A DNA stretch of 64,000 nucleotides from Spirochaetia bacterium (GCA_963675665.1 OY776510.1:128001-192000); one strand, 5' to 3'; counted from the stretch's first letter, positions 1 to 10,436 are shown. Numbers and translations are program-made. Notes: generated by a model from the sequence alone, not told the origin.

Positions 1-410
1 AGCTCGAGAAGCCCCTCATGCCCGTCGCCCAGGCCCAGCTCGTCTTCGGCACAGAGCATTCCCTCGCTCAGGATTCCCCGTATCTTCTTCGGCTCAAGGG
101 TGAATCCGATCGGAAGTGTTGTTCCGACCGGCGCAAAAGGAACCTTCATACCCGGGGCTACATTCGGCGCGCCGCAGACAACCCGTCGCTCTCCGCTGCC
201 TGTTTCAAAGCTGACCAGCCTCAGCTTGTCGGCTTCGGGATGAGGCTCAACCTTTGTTATTTCGGCAACTATCACCTTTTCCATATGCGCATTGGCTTCT
301 TCAACACCTTCAACTTCGCATGTGGACAGCGTGAACCTCACACCCATTTCTCTGGGCGAAAGCTCCGGTAATTCAACAAAATCTTTTATCCAGTCTAAAC
401 TGATTATCAT
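1..410 (-). CDS. pheT: Phenylalanyl-tRNA synthetase beta subunit, N-terminal part (runs off window)
   Basis: Not in ORF track; minus-strand ATG at 410 reads MIISLDWIKDFVELPELSPREMGVRFTLSTCEVEG; SD AGGAG upstream; directly follows pheS. Confidence 0.93.
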   Translation of the reverse strand, partial: MIISLDWIKDFVELPELSPREMGVRFTLSTCEVEGVEEANAHMEKVIVAEITKVEPHPEADKLRLVSFETGSGERRVVCGAPNVAPGMKVPFAPVGTTLPIGFTLEPKKIRGILSEGMLCAEDELGLGDGHEGLLE

Positions 411-449
411 CTATATCTCCTCTGCCCTGCTTTCCGGAACACTTGATAT

Positions 450-1493
450 TTAATAGGATCTGAACTGTTCCGAAAACTGCAGGTTTCCGCTGTGAAGATG
501 CCGTATGTCGTCAATGTGATAACGCATCATTGTAAGACGATCTATTCCCATCCCGAAAGCAAAACCGTTAAACTCGTTCGGATCGATATTTCCGTATTTG
601 AGCACATTCGGGTGCACCATTCCGCAGCCGAGGGCTTCAACCCATCCGACCTGCTTGCAGACCGGGCAGCCTTTTCCCCCGCAAAGCATGCATTCGTAAT
701 CAAGCTCGAACCCCGGCTCAACAAAGGGGAAAAAGCCGGGCCTGAGTCTGACCTTGATTTCCCGCTTGAAGATTTCGGACAAAAGCGTCCTGAGAAAATG
801 AATCATGTTCGGCACGGCAATATCCCGTCCGACCATCATTCCTTCAAGCTGGTGAAAGGCTGCTTCGTGACCTGCATCCAGGGTTTCACATCGAAAAACC
901 TTTCCCGGGCCGACAAATTTAAACGGAGGCTTTTTCATTTCCATGCCGCGAATCTGAAGATTTGACGTATGTGTTCTCAGCAGGTGTTTTTTGTCCGTAA
1001 ACCAGAAGGTATCCTGCATATCACGGGCAGGATGAGATTCGGGAATATTCAGCGCTTCAAAGTTATAATACTCATTTTCAATATGCGGACCGTCAAGAAT
1101 ATCAAAACCCATCGAAAGGAAAATATCTTCAAGCTCCCGGGTAACCTTTGTAAGCGGATGAAGTCCCGCAGCCTGTTGGCCGAGATCGGTTATCCGATCG
1201 GTCCAGCTTATATCCTGTCTGTTCTTTTCAAGCTTACTGTTTATTTCCTCAATCTCAATTTCAAGGCTTCGGGTTTCTATTGCGGCAATCATTTCCTGTT
1301 TTATATCATTTGCCTTTGAACCGAAGCTTTTTTTATCTTCCGTGGAAAGGTCCCGCATTCCTCCCATAAGAGCGTTAAGCTTACCTTTTTTGCCGAGATA
1401 ATCAGCTTTAAACTGCGCCATATCGGGCATCGAAGCAACTGAACCGATCAGGGAATCAAATTCCTTCTTCACCTCTTCCAGTTTCTGAAGCAT
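450..1493 (-). CDS. pheS: Phenylalanyl-tRNA synthetase alpha subunit
   Basis: HPARDMQDTF, LLRTHTS, FHQLEG, FPFVEP, GCGMVHP, GFAFGMGIDR motifs. Confidence 0.98.
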   Translation of the reverse strand: MLQKLEEVKKEFDSLIGSVASMPDMAQFKADYLGKKGKLNALMGGMRDLSTEDKKSFGSKANDIKQEMIAAIETRSLEIEIEEINSKLEKNRQDISWTDRITDLGQQAAGLHPLTKVTRELEDIFLSMGFDILDGPHIENEYYNFEALNIPESHPARDMQDTFWFTDKKHLLRTHTSNLQIRGMEMKKPPFKFVGPGKVFRCETLDAGHEAAFHQLEGMMVGRDIAVPNMIHFLRTLLSEIFKREIKVRLRPGFFPFVEPGFELDYECMLCGGKGCPVCKQVGWVEALGCGMVHPNVLKYGNIDPNEFNGFAFGMGIDRLTMMRYHIDDIRHLHSGNLQFSEQFRSY

Positions 1494-1529
1494 TGTCCGT
1501 CTCCTTTACCGTCTTTTAAGGCTTTAACT

Positions 1530-1564
1530 AAAAAAAAAGCGGATTCCCCCTAAGAGGAACCCGC
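1530..1564 (-). terminator. Attenuator terminator in pheS leader
   Basis: Minus strand GCGGGTTCCTC-TTAG-GGGGAATCCGC followed by T9, between leader ORF and pheS start. Confidence 0.85.
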
Positions 1565-1582
1565 CGTCAAGCCCTGTTGTTG

Positions 1583-1669
1583 TTAATTCAGGGAAAACCG
1601 CCGCTCCTCCTTATCGGAGCCGTTAAAAAAGAAAAAATAAAAATTAAAAAAGCTTTTCCGGTTTTCCAT
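1583..1669 (-). CDS. Phe-rich leader peptide (pheM-like), 28 aa
   Basis: MENRKSFFNFYFFFFNGSDKEERRFSLN*; 7 Phe in 9 consecutive codons, upstream of the terminator and pheS. Confidence 0.8.
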   Translation of the reverse strand: MENRKSFFNFYFFFFNGSDKEERRFSLN

Positions 1670-1679
1670 GGTGAGTACC

Positions 1680-1707
1680 ATTATAGTGCTGACCGTAATT
1701 TAGTCAA
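1680..1707 (-). promoter_or_regulatory. Sigma70 promoter for leader-pheST
   Basis: TTGACT-16bp-TATAAT on minus strand. Confidence 0.7.
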
Positions 1708-1711
1708 GACA

Positions 1712-1746
1712 GAAAAGGGGCTGCTCCCGTTAAACAGGAGCAGCCC
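1712..1746 (-). terminator. Intrinsic terminator of ato operon
   Basis: GGGCTGCTCC/GGAGCAGCCC stem followed by CTTTTCT on minus strand, just downstream of atoA. Confidence 0.75.
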
Positions 1747-1766
1747 AAAAATAAAATCAGGTGCGA

Positions 1767-2432
1767 TTATAAAATCTCAACCTGCTTGAAATCAGGCGCG
1801 ACAACAAGATTTGCGGTAGTGCTCTCCTGAACAAACTCTGCCGTATACGGCGCAAAAGTTTCTTTCAGAATAAAAGCGCCGTCCTTTATCTCAAAGTACC
1901 CGACATCAGTCACAAGGATATCAACCTCGTTCTGTGCAGTCAGCGGAAGCGTGCATTTTTCCATGAGCTTTGAATTGCCGTGCTTGTCAAAATGAACAGT
2001 GGCCGCAATCACCTTTTTTGATCCTACAGTAAGATCCATTGCTCCGCCCATACCGGGCACCATTTTGCCCGGTATCTTGTAATTCGCAAGGTTCCCGTGC
2101 TGGTCGACCTCAAGCACGCCGAGGACCGTATAATCAACATGTCCTCCCCGGATTATTCCGAATGACGTTGCCGAGTCAAAATAACAGCCGCCCTTCAACA
2201 AGGTTACCGGAGAACCGCCGGCGTTTACCAGAAACGGATCGACATTATCCTTATCAGGAACTGGTCCGAGACCGATAAAACCGTTTTCCGACTGAAGAAT
2301 AATCTCTACGCCCTCAGGCAGATAATTGCCTACAAGAGTCGGCAGTCCGATTCCCAGGTTTACAACATTTCCGTTTGAGAACAGAAGGGCAATCCGCTTT
2401 GCAATTACATCTTTATTGGGTTTATAATCCAT
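1767..2432 (-). CDS. atoA: Acetate/3-oxoacid CoA-transferase beta subunit
   Basis: VNLGIGLP, catalytic SENG, GMGGAMDL. Confidence 0.9.
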   Translation of the reverse strand: MDYKPNKDVIAKRIALLFSNGNVVNLGIGLPTLVGNYLPEGVEIILQSENGFIGLGPVPDKDNVDPFLVNAGGSPVTLLKGGCYFDSATSFGIIRGGHVDYTVLGVLEVDQHGNLANYKIPGKMVPGMGGAMDLTVGSKKVIAATVHFDKHGNSKLMEKCTLPLTAQNEVDILVTDVGYFEIKDGAFILKETFAPYTAEFVQESTTANLVVAPDFKQVEIL

Positions 2433-2433
2433 T

Positions 2434-3123
2434 TTACCTGCCCCCCTTTTTTTCAGTTTTGACCAGATATTTCACGAATATCGACGGTGTTACAACACAT
2501 TCCGGGTCAATTTCACCTATTTCAACAATCTCATCCGCCTGTACTATTACAGTCTCGCATGCCATAGCCATCAGGGGACCGAAATTCCGCGCTGATCGCG
2601 CATACATCAGGTTGCCGGCCTTGTCAGCCACACTCGCATGCAGCAGCGCAATATTTCCGGATATAGGGTGTTCCAGAAGGTACCTGCGGCCCTGGTACTC
2701 CAGGACCTGTTTCCCTTCCTCTACCTCGGTTCCGACTCCGGTCGGGGTCAGGAACCCTCCGAGACCGCAGCCCGCGGAACGAATCCTCTCGGCAAGCGTT
2801 CCCTGCGGCACAAGCTCCACATCCGTTTCGCCGGCAATCATCTGCCGCTGAATCTCGGCATTAAGCCCGATGTGCGTTGCAACAACCCTTGAAAACTGCT
2901 TGTCAAGCACGTTCATTGCCACACCGGTAATCATGTCCTTATCGGGTATATACCAGCCACAGTCGTTACAGACAAGGGTTAAATTCTTTGTGCCCGCGTT
3001 TCTCAGGCACTCCAGCAGTTCCGGAGGCGATCCGCAGCCCATAAATCCCCCGACCATAACCACATCGCCGGATTTTATAAGCTTTACCGCCGCCTCACAG
3101 GACAGTATTTCTTTTTCTACCAT
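2434..3123 (-). CDS. atoD: Acetate/3-oxoacid CoA-transferase alpha subunit
   Basis: VMVGGF, PQGTLAERIR, TPTGVGT, ARNFGP. Confidence 0.9.
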   Translation of the reverse strand: MVEKEILSCEAAVKLIKSGDVVMVGGFMGCGSPPELLECLRNAGTKNLTLVCNDCGWYIPDKDMITGVAMNVLDKQFSRVVATHIGLNAEIQRQMIAGETDVELVPQGTLAERIRSAGCGLGGFLTPTGVGTEVEEGKQVLEYQGRRYLLEHPISGNIALLHASVADKAGNLMYARSARNFGPLMAMACETVIVQADEIVEIGEIDPECVVTPSIFVKYLVKTEKKGGR

Positions 3124-3138
3124 TACTTAAGCGTCCTC

Positions 3139-4317
3139 CTACATCTCGACACAGAGAGCCGCACCCATTCCGCCGCCTATGCACAGGGTTGCAATTCCTT
3201 TATGAAGATTGCGTCTTTTCATTTCATATATCAGTGTTACAAGAATCCTGGCGCCGCTGGCCCCGATCGGGTGACCGATCGCAATGGCCCCGCCGTTTAC
3301 ATTGATTAACGAGGTATCCCAGCCGAGTTCCCTGTTTACCGCTATCGACTGCGCGGCAAAAGCTTCGTTGGCTTCAATCAGCTCAAGGTTGCCAATGCTC
3401 CATCCGGCTTTTTTCAGCGCAACCTTGACCGCTCCTACGGGTCCGATACCCATAATCTCCGGCGGACAGCCGGCATAACCGTATGAAACAATGCGGGCCA
3501 GCGGTTCAACATTTTTCTGTTTTAAAACATCCTCTGAAACAAGAATCGCCGCCGCAGCGGAGTCGTTGATTCCTGATGCGTTTCCGGCTGTTACAGTCCC
3601 GTCTTTTTTGAACGCGGGGCGCAGTTTCGCAAGCCCCTCAACAGTTGCACCTTCACGGATATACTCGTCATCCTTGAAAGCAACCGGATCGCCCTTCCGC
3701 TGAGGAATTCCAACAGAGGTTATTTCTTCCTGGAACCGCCCGGACTTTCTTGCTTCTTCGGCCTTATTCTGCGACGCACATGCAAATTCGTCCTGCTCTT
3801 CACGGCTGATTCCATATTTTTCAGCAAGGTTCTCTGCTGTTATGCCCATATGATAGTTATTGTATTTTTCCCATAAACCGTCATAAACCATACCGTCTAC
3901 AATCTCTCCGTTGCCCATCCGGTACCCGTAACGGGCTTTCGGAAGAAGATACGGCGCCATAGACATATTTTCGGTTCCGCCGGCAATAATTGTATCGGCA
4001 TCACCGCATTTAATGCTCTGGGTTCCCAGCATTAAAGCCCTTAACCCTGAACCGCATACCATATTCACGGACATTGCAGTCTTTTCCACCGGAATACCGG
4101 AATAGATGGCAGCCTGGCGTGCTACATTCTGTCCCAGGCCCGCGCCCAGAACATTACCCAATATCACCTCATCAATTTCTTCGGGCATGATGTCATTTCT
4201 TTTATAAAGATCAACAATAACATCCTTTGCAAAATCTGCGGGGTGGACGTTTGATAACGTCCCCCCGAAACTGCCCACAGCGGTCCTGGAGCAGTCCAGT
4301 ATATATACATCTTTCAT
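3139..4317 (-). CDS. atoB: Acetyl-CoA C-acetyltransferase (thiolase)
   Basis: [27 protein letters not shown]. Confidence 0.95.
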   Translation of the reverse strand: MKDVYILDCSRTAVGSFGGTLSNVHPADFAKDVIVDLYKRNDIMPEEIDEVILGNVLGAGLGQNVARQAAIYSGIPVEKTAMSVNMVCGSGLRALMLGTQSIKCGDADTIIAGGTENMSMAPYLLPKARYGYRMGNGEIVDGMVYDGLWEKYNNYHMGITAENLAEKYGISREEQDEFACASQNKAEEARKSGRFQEEITSVGIPQRKGDPVAFKDDEYIREGATVEGLAKLRPAFKKDGTVTAGNASGINDSAAAAILVSEDVLKQKNVEPLARIVSYGYAGCPPEIMGIGPVGAVKVALKKAGWSIGNLELIEANEAFAAQSIAVNRELGWDTSLINVNGGAIAIGHPIGASGARILVTLIYEMKRRNLHKGIATLCIGGGMGAALCVEM

Positions 4318-4327
4318 ACTTAATCCC

Positions 4328-5662
4328 TCAGAAAGCGAGCAGCATGAACAGCGAAATGATGATGCCTGAATACAACAGGATGACCGTCGTATATCCCATA
4401 ATGTCGCGGATATTCAGCTTGGCAACACCCAGCAACGGCAACGCCCAGAAAGGTTGAATCATGTTTGTCCAGGCATCGCCCCAGGCTACCGCCATGGCGG
4501 TGGAAGAATAGGAAACACCGAGCGCTTTTGCCGCTGGAATCATTATCGGACCCTGAACACCCCACTGGCCTCCTCCTGACGGAACAAAAAAGTTAACAAC
4601 ACCGGCGGAAAGGAAGGTAAAGAACGGGAAGGTTGTCTGATTCGAAATATTTACAAATCCCTGTGAGAAAGTGCTTGCCAGCCCGCTGTTTATCATCATG
4701 CCCATGATACCCGCATAAAACGGGAACTGCAGAATAACACCGCCGCAGCCTTTAACGGCTTCTGCAACAGCACGTACGTATCTGATAGGTGTTTTGTGAA
4801 GAAGAATTCCGATTATAAGGAAAATAAAGTTTACAATATCAAGAGATATTCCTCCGCCCTTAACGAAATACCTTACAATGTAAACTACGCCGATTGCGCC
4901 GATTAAAAGCGAAACAATCATGTTATTTTCAAGCTTTTCTGCGGGAGTCATTTCCTTTTTGTCTTTTACCGGCTGTTCGTCCTTGTCGTCCTCTGCAAAA
5001 AGAGAAGCACTGACTTCAAAGACTTCTTCTTTTTTCGGATGCATCAGACGGTTTATAATCGGCAGAGTGACAACGAGCAACACAACAAGAATTATATTCG
5101 GAACACAGAAAATAGTTTCAGAAGCAGGAACAATCGTACCGTCGGCGAACTTATCCATAATTGAGTCCGCTCCGGCTATCTTCAGCGGAATGGATGCCGA
5201 AAGGCCGGCATGCCAAACCAGGAAGCCGCTGTATGCTGCGGCAACAAGAAGCGGATAGTGAATTCCGCGGACTGTCCGCGCCAGTTCCTTGGCAAGAAGG
5301 GCACCGATTATAAGACCGAAACCCCAGTTTATCCAGCAACAGATGGCTGCAACAAATGCAACAAGCATGATTGCCTGAGTCGGGGTTTTTGCCGATTTGG
5401 CAATGGTCTTTAACAGCGAGTGCACCGGTTTCGATGTTGCCATTGCGCTTCCGGTAACGATAATCAACGCCATCTGCATTGAGAACGACAGAAACGCCCA
5501 TACTCCGCCGCCGAAGTATCCGGCCATAACCGTAAAACTCTGACCTTCAACAATCATTCCGAGTGCGAAGACCAGAAAACAGAGAATCAGCGCAAACAGG
5601 AATGCATCCGGGAGCCATCTCCGTGCAATGTTTGAAAAGGCCCTACCTAAAACACGAATCAT
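4328..5662 (-). CDS. atoE: Short-chain fatty acid transporter
   Basis: [34 protein letters not shown]. Confidence 0.93.
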   Translation of the reverse strand: MIRVLGRAFSNIARRWLPDAFLFALILCFLVFALGMIVEGQSFTVMAGYFGGGVWAFLSFSMQMALIIVTGSAMATSKPVHSLLKTIAKSAKTPTQAIMLVAFVAAICCWINWGFGLIIGALLAKELARTVRGIHYPLLVAAAYSGFLVWHAGLSASIPLKIAGADSIMDKFADGTIVPASETIFCVPNIILVVLLVVTLPIINRLMHPKKEEVFEVSASLFAEDDKDEQPVKDKKEMTPAEKLENNMIVSLLIGAIGVVYIVRYFVKGGGISLDIVNFIFLIIGILLHKTPIRYVRAVAEAVKGCGGVILQFPFYAGIMGMMINSGLASTFSQGFVNISNQTTFPFFTFLSAGVVNFFVPSGGGQWGVQGPIMIPAAKALGVSYSSTAMAVAWGDAWTNMIQPFWALPLLGVAKLNIRDIMGYTTVILLYSGIIISLFMLLAF

Positions 5663-5693
5663 ATTATTCCTCCAAATTGTTTTTCACCATTAA

Positions 5694-5710
5694 AGCAATA
5701 AGGAGGCCAA
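5694..5710 (-). promoter_or_regulatory. Sigma54 -24/-12 promoter of atoE-atoB-atoD-atoA
   Basis: Minus strand TTGGCCTCCTTATTGCT = GG-N10-GC, upstream of atoE and downstream of a bEBP gene. Confidence 0.8.
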
Positions 5711-5805
5711 TTTTTATCTGCTTGATTAATTTAAATAATTCCTTTCCGGACAGACATATACACAGGATAACAAAAAGAGCTGTTTGGTCGGCGTTGATTA
5801 CAGGA

Positions 5806-5840
5806 TGCAAAATCCTGCATCCCGCATGCATATTCCTGCA
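5806..5840. promoter_or_regulatory. Tandem AtoC upstream activator boxes
   Basis: TGCA-AAATCC-TGCA (5806-5819) and TGCA-TATTCC-TGCA (5827-5840), 21 bp apart, ~100 bp upstream of the sigma54 site. Confidence 0.75.
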
Positions 5841-5844
5841 GATA

Positions 5845-7188
5845 TTACATATCTATCTCATACTCTGCAATCTTGTACTGAAGGTTTCTGAGGCTTATCT
5901 GAAGCTCTGTCGCGGCATTCTTCCTGTTTCCTTTCTGAGCGGACAGAGTACTGATGATAATCTGTTTCTCGAATGTCTGCAGCTGCTTTTTCAGCCCCTG
6001 GCTGTACTCGGACACCGGGAAATCCCTGTTTGCCTGAAGCTCATCGACAGCGAGGACCTCGCCGTCGCTGTAGATATAGGCCCTCTCAATCTGGTTTTTC
6101 AGCTCACGTGTATTGCCGGGCCAGGAATAATTTTTCAATAATTCGAAACCTGGGGCATCCAGGATCTTTCTGATACCCCCGTAATTCTGAAAAAACAGGT
6201 TTAAAAAATGACTGCACAGCAGCGCAATGTCTTCACGCCTTTCACGCAGAGGCGGAATATGAAAATGAATTACATTCAAACGGTAAAAAAGGTCCTTTCT
6301 GAAACGACCCTCATCAACCTCTTTCTCAATATCACGGTTGGTCAATGCGATAATACGTGTTTCCACCCTGATTTCCCTTGTTCCGCCTACCCGAAAAAAT
6401 GTTTTTTCCTGCAAAAAAGTAAGCAATTTTGCCTGCAACTTGTAAGGTATTTCAGAAATCTCGTCAAGAATAACAGTGCCGCCTTCCGCTTCTTCCAGGC
6501 GCCCTCTTTTTCTTTCAATCGCTCCTGTAAAAGCGCCTTTTTCATGCCCGAAAAGCTCAGACTCAAAAAGATGTCCCGAGATGTTGCTGCAGTTTATATA
6601 GACGTACGGGGCCGAGGATTCATTTATCGTATAATGAATCTGTTTTGCAAGAATGTTTTTACCCGTTCCGGTTTCCCCTGTTATCAGCACAGGAACGTCC
6701 GTGTTTTTCAATTTCAAAATACGCTGTTTGATACGTTCCACCTTCGGTGATTCGCCAATAAATTCCTGGTAGAGCGGGCAATCCTGCTGCATCTTTCTCA
6801 GCCGACGGTTTTCACGCGAAAGAGTCTGGTATTCGCAACATCGTTTCAGGGTCAGGATTATTTTCTCGATATCAAACGGCTTTGTTATAAAGTCGTAGGC
6901 GCCCAGCTGTGTGGCCTTTACTGCATTTTCTACGGTTCCAAGGGCGGAAATAATGATTATCTGGGGCAGTGATTCTATCTTCTTGAGCGGTGTGATTAAA
7001 TCCAGTCCGTTTGCGTCGGGCAGCTTCAAATCAAGAAAAACAATATCAGGAAGAAAGGAACCGCTTACATCACCGGCTTCAGCCCCGCTTGCCGCTGTTT
7101 TTATAATATATGTTTCATTCTCAAGCAGTTCCTGCAGGAAAAGCCGGACATTGGGTTCGTCATCCACGATGAGTATTTTATGCTTCAT
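5845..7188 (-). CDS. atoC: Sigma54-dependent response regulator (NtrC family)
   Basis: REC domain, GETGTGK, ESELFGHEKGAFTGA, WPGNTREL, C-terminal Fis HTH; ato context. Confidence 0.88.
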   Translation of the reverse strand: MKHKILIVDDEPNVRLFLQELLENETYIIKTAASGAEAGDVSGSFLPDIVFLDLKLPDANGLDLITPLKKIESLPQIIIISALGTVENAVKATQLGAYDFITKPFDIEKIILTLKRCCEYQTLSRENRRLRKMQQDCPLYQEFIGESPKVERIKQRILKLKNTDVPVLITGETGTGKNILAKQIHYTINESSAPYVYINCSNISGHLFESELFGHEKGAFTGAIERKRGRLEEAEGGTVILDEISEIPYKLQAKLLTFLQEKTFFRVGGTREIRVETRIIALTNRDIEKEVDEGRFRKDLFYRLNVIHFHIPPLRERREDIALLCSHFLNLFFQNYGGIRKILDAPGFELLKNYSWPGNTRELKNQIERAYIYSDGEVLAVDELQANRDFPVSEYSQGLKKQLQTFEKQIIISTLSAQKGNRKNAATELQISLRNLQYKIAEYEIDM

Positions 7189-9037
7189 TCAGTTTCTCCA
7201 GCTCCTTCCTGTTGAATGTCATCACGATTTCTGTGTAGACACCTTCTTCCGAATTAATCTCTATCTTTCCCTTGTGCCTTTCAATGATGCCAAGACAAAA
7301 ACTCAGGCCCAGTCCTGTTCCTTCTTTCTTGGTCGTAAAGAACGGCGTCAGCACACGGCTTCTGTTTTCCTGCGGGATCCCCTCCCCCGAATCGCAAACT
7401 TTCAGAACAATAATATCCGAACTGATGCATAGATAAAAGTTTATGTTTTTACTTTTGGGATCCGGTTTGACCATAATTGATTCAACGCTGTTTTTTACCA
7501 GGTTATCAAGCAGCTGGGCAATATTATTTTTGTCCATCCGGATAAAACAGGATCCCTTGAGATCCGTCTTCAGGCTGAATTTTATTTTTGGATAGCTGTT
7601 GCTGTAAATTACAAGAAACTCACTCAGCATATCCAGAATATTAACCAGTTCGGGCTGCAGTTTTGATTTTCCCCCGTTTATCAGAAGATCATTTAAAAGC
7701 TTGTCGATTCTGTTCAGCTCGTCATCCATCAATTCAAGATAATGGTCCATTTTCCCGACAGGGAGGTTTCTGCGGTGCATCAGCTGTGAAAAACCCTTAA
7801 CTGCCGTCAGAGGGTTTTTGATTTCATGGGCAATGTTTAAACCCATCTCTCCCAGAATGACAAGTCGCTGCTGTTCCTGGAGTCGTCTTTCATACAACTT
7901 GATCAATGTCTGGTCACGAAATATGAAAACAACGCCTATATTAATATTCTCGTCGTTATATACGTCATTACTGTAGACCTCAAAAATACGCCCCTTGAAT
8001 ATTATGTCGCCCTTCCTGCTATCAACACTCATCTCCGGATTATTGTCTATAAAGGAACAGATTTCATCAGGTAAAACCGACAGATATTTTTCACCCGGAA
8101 GATTCCGTCCTTCCATATCGACAATTTCCAGAAAGGCCGGGTTTGCCAGCAGAATTTCACCGTCAATCGAGATTGCCAGTATTCCGCTTTTCAAACTGTC
8201 GAAAATAAACTCGTTGTGGCTCTTAAAGAAGAAAATCTTGTCGAGAAGACTGTTAACACTGCTTACCACACTGGCCAGAGGACCGGTAATTTTCGACAGG
8301 CGCTCTTTCGGGTTATGCATTACAATATCTATATCGCTTATAAGCAGATCAATTCTTCGGTTAAAATACCAGGTGGGAAGAAACACGGCAACATAGAGAA
8401 GGATAAAAATAATTATTGTAAAAAAAAGTATCTGCTTGAAGACTATCGACAGCCTGCTGGAAACATCTTCCAGGGTCTCATTGGCCCATATGTATCCTAT
8501 TGTAGTTCCGTTTCTGATTACAGGGCGCATACAGTTCATGATGTTTCCCCTGACAAGTTCACCGTGCTGCACCATTGACTGCCCTTCAGCCATTACCTGG
8601 TACCCCAGATGTCCCTCAAAAATCGACTGCCCTATCGTATGACCGAATTCTGCTTCCGGCCCGTACGTGAGAATAGCATCAAGCTCCTTCGAGTAATACC
8701 CCACCCCCACTCCGGAAACACCTGAAGCAACAAAATCGGTAATTTCCCACAGCTCATCATGCAGAATCTTTATCTTTTCTTCACGCGTAACGGAAACCCC
8801 GCCATACCGATTAATTATATCTTCATAGGTTCCATCCAGCGCGTTATCAAGCTGGGTTGCCAGACCGAACAGCATCACCTCTTTTTCTTCGATAAGTTCT
8901 TTTGATATGATAACTCTCAGAGAACTTTCAGTAGCAAAGAAAGCAATAAGAATTATCGCCAGAATTATCAATAGAAGTCTGACAGTATAACTTTCAGTGA
9001 GTCTTTTCTGAATTGTATTAAAAATCGTTCCGGGCAT
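7178..9037 (-). CDS. atoS: Sensor histidine kinase
   Basis: 2 TM; sensor domain GVGYYSKELDAILTYGP...VRGNIMNCMRP...GYIWANE as recalled for AtoS; PAS; AHEIKNPL; GTGLGL. Confidence 0.85.
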   Translation of the reverse strand: MPGTIFNTIQKRLTESYTVRLLLIILAIILIAFFATESSLRVIISKELIEEKEVMLFGLATQLDNALDGTYEDIINRYGGVSVTREEKIKILHDELWEITDFVASGVSGVGVGYYSKELDAILTYGPEAEFGHTIGQSIFEGHLGYQVMAEGQSMVQHGELVRGNIMNCMRPVIRNGTTIGYIWANETLEDVSSRLSIVFKQILFFTIIIFILLYVAVFLPTWYFNRRIDLLISDIDIVMHNPKERLSKITGPLASVVSSVNSLLDKIFFFKSHNEFIFDSLKSGILAISIDGEILLANPAFLEIVDMEGRNLPGEKYLSVLPDEICSFIDNNPEMSVDSRKGDIIFKGRIFEVYSNDVYNDENINIGVVFIFRDQTLIKLYERRLQEQQRLVILGEMGLNIAHEIKNPLTAVKGFSQLMHRRNLPVGKMDHYLELMDDELNRIDKLLNDLLINGGKSKLQPELVNILDMLSEFLVIYSNSYPKIKFSLKTDLKGSCFIRMDKNNIAQLLDNLVKNSVESIMVKPDPKSKNINFYLCISSDIIVLKVCDSGEGIPQENRSRVLTPFFTTKKEGTGLGLSFCLGIIERHKGKIEINSEEGVYTEIVMTFNRKELEKLNEA

Positions 9038-9055
9038 TATGGTCCTTGTTGATAT

Positions 9056-9084
9056 ATTCTAAGTCTATGAGATACAGGGGTCAA
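9056..9084 (-). promoter_or_regulatory. Sigma70 promoter of atoSC
   Basis: TTGACC-17bp-TAGAAT on minus strand. Confidence 0.65.
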
Positions 9085-9127
9085 TCGACTATTTTATTTT
9101 TATATTGAAAAAATAATATCTGGAAGT

Positions 9128-9976
9128 TTATTCCGTCAGCTTCCTGAGTAAATCAAGCTCTCCGGACCAGTTTCTCCTGTCCGGGGTTTCAAGAATCATC
9201 GGGATACAGTTGATTTGCGGATCATTCATAATAGCCCTGAAGCCTTCAAGCCCGATTTGTCCCTTTCCGATATTCTCATGCCTGTCGCTTTTCGATCCCA
9301 GCCCTTCTTTCGAATCATTAAGGTGCATTCCTTTCAGATAACCAAAACCTATGATTCGATCGAATTCAGATGCAGTCCGCGTCCAGCCCTTCGGGTTTGA
9401 AATATCATAACCCGCGGCGAAAATATGGCAGGTATCGATACATACTCCTATGCGGGATTTGTCTTTAACCTGTTCAATTATGGCGGCAAGTTCCTCAAAA
9501 CTGCCGCCTATCTTGTTGTCCTGGCCGGATGTCGTTTCCAGTACATGAACCACATCCGGTACAAATTTGTGAGCACGGTTAATTGAATCGGAAATGCGGC
9601 TGATACCTTCTTCTTTACTGATGATACCGACGGTACTGCCCGGATGAAAGTTAAGATATTTCAGTCCCAGAACGCGGACTCTTTCCAGTTCATCAACAAA
9701 TGCGGCAAATGAACGTTCTCTCTTCTCATTGTCTGGCTGGGCAAGGTTTATCAGGTATGAATTATGCGGAAGGACCATATCGGCTGTATATCCGTATTCG
9801 GTCATTCTTTCTTTAAAAAGTCTTATGCTTTCGTCGCTCAGATCCGGAGATTCCCAGCGCCGCTGATTACGGGTAAAAATGGCAAAACCGGCTGCCGCAA
9901 TCCTGTCGGCATGGAGCGGAGCATTCTCTACACCGCCGGCAGTAGTTACATGGGCCCCGATATATTTGGTTTTCAT
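9128..9976 (-). CDS. nfo: Endonuclease IV (AP endonuclease); start moved to MKTKYIGAH
   Basis: GAHV, PHNSYLINL, NFHPG, CIDTCHIFAAGYD, HLNDSK, DRHE, ILETP. Confidence 0.93.
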   Translation of the reverse strand: MKTKYIGAHVTTAGGVENAPLHADRIAAAGFAIFTRNQRRWESPDLSDESIRLFKERMTEYGYTADMVLPHNSYLINLAQPDNEKRERSFAAFVDELERVRVLGLKYLNFHPGSTVGIISKEEGISRISDSINRAHKFVPDVVHVLETTSGQDNKIGGSFEELAAIIEQVKDKSRIGVCIDTCHIFAAGYDISNPKGWTRTASEFDRIIGFGYLKGMHLNDSKEGLGSKSDRHENIGKGQIGLEGFRAIMNDPQINCIPMILETPDRRNWSGELDLLRKLTE

Positions 9977-10082
9977 GTATACAATATAATAAAAAGAATC
10001 GATTGAATCCAGTTCGACTTTCATTCTTTATTGTTTCAGCTTCTGCTTGAAAAAGAGACATCTAACGGGTAATATCATTCTC

Positions 10083-10358
10083 ATGGAATGGAAAGCAAGT
10101 CATATACTGGTTAAAAGCGAAAGTCAGGCAAGAGAACTGCAGCGCAAGGTTAAACAGGGCGCCAATTTTGAAGCAATAGCCCGCGATTTCTCAACCTGCC
10201 CAAGCAAATCGAAGGGCGGAGATCTCGGGTGGTTCGGTCCCGGGAAAATGGTTCCCGAGTTTGAAAGGGCATGCACCAGAATGGGAGTCGGCGGCATAAG
10301 CGATGTTGTAAGAACCCAGTTCGGTTACCATATAATAAAGCTGACCGGAAAACGCTGA
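10083..10358 (+). CDS. ppiC: Parvulin peptidyl-prolyl isomerase; start moved to MEWKASH
   Basis: ASHILV, STCPSKSKGGDLGWF, QFGYHII; TTGAAA-17-TAATAT 7 nt before ATG. Confidence 0.92.
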   Translation: MEWKASHILVKSESQARELQRKVKQGANFEAIARDFSTCPSKSKGGDLGWFGPGKMVPEFERACTRMGVGGISDVVRTQFGYHIIKLTGKR

Positions 10359-10371
10359 TCGAAAACAAACA

Positions 10372-10395
10372 GGCCGAAGGATTAATCCTCCGGCC
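10372..10395. terminator. Hairpin between convergent ppiC and gntP-like gene
   Basis: GGCCGAAGG-ATTAAT-CCTCCGGCC flanked by A runs. Confidence 0.55.
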
Positions 10396-10436
10396 GAAAA
10401 AACATGAATCTGCGCAGGTGTTTATTCTTAAAGCAT

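Noticed and set aside
1500-1700. T-box riboswitch upstream of pheS
   Set aside because: No UGGNACC T-box bulge or stem I found and the leader is short; the Phe-codon uORF explains the terminator better
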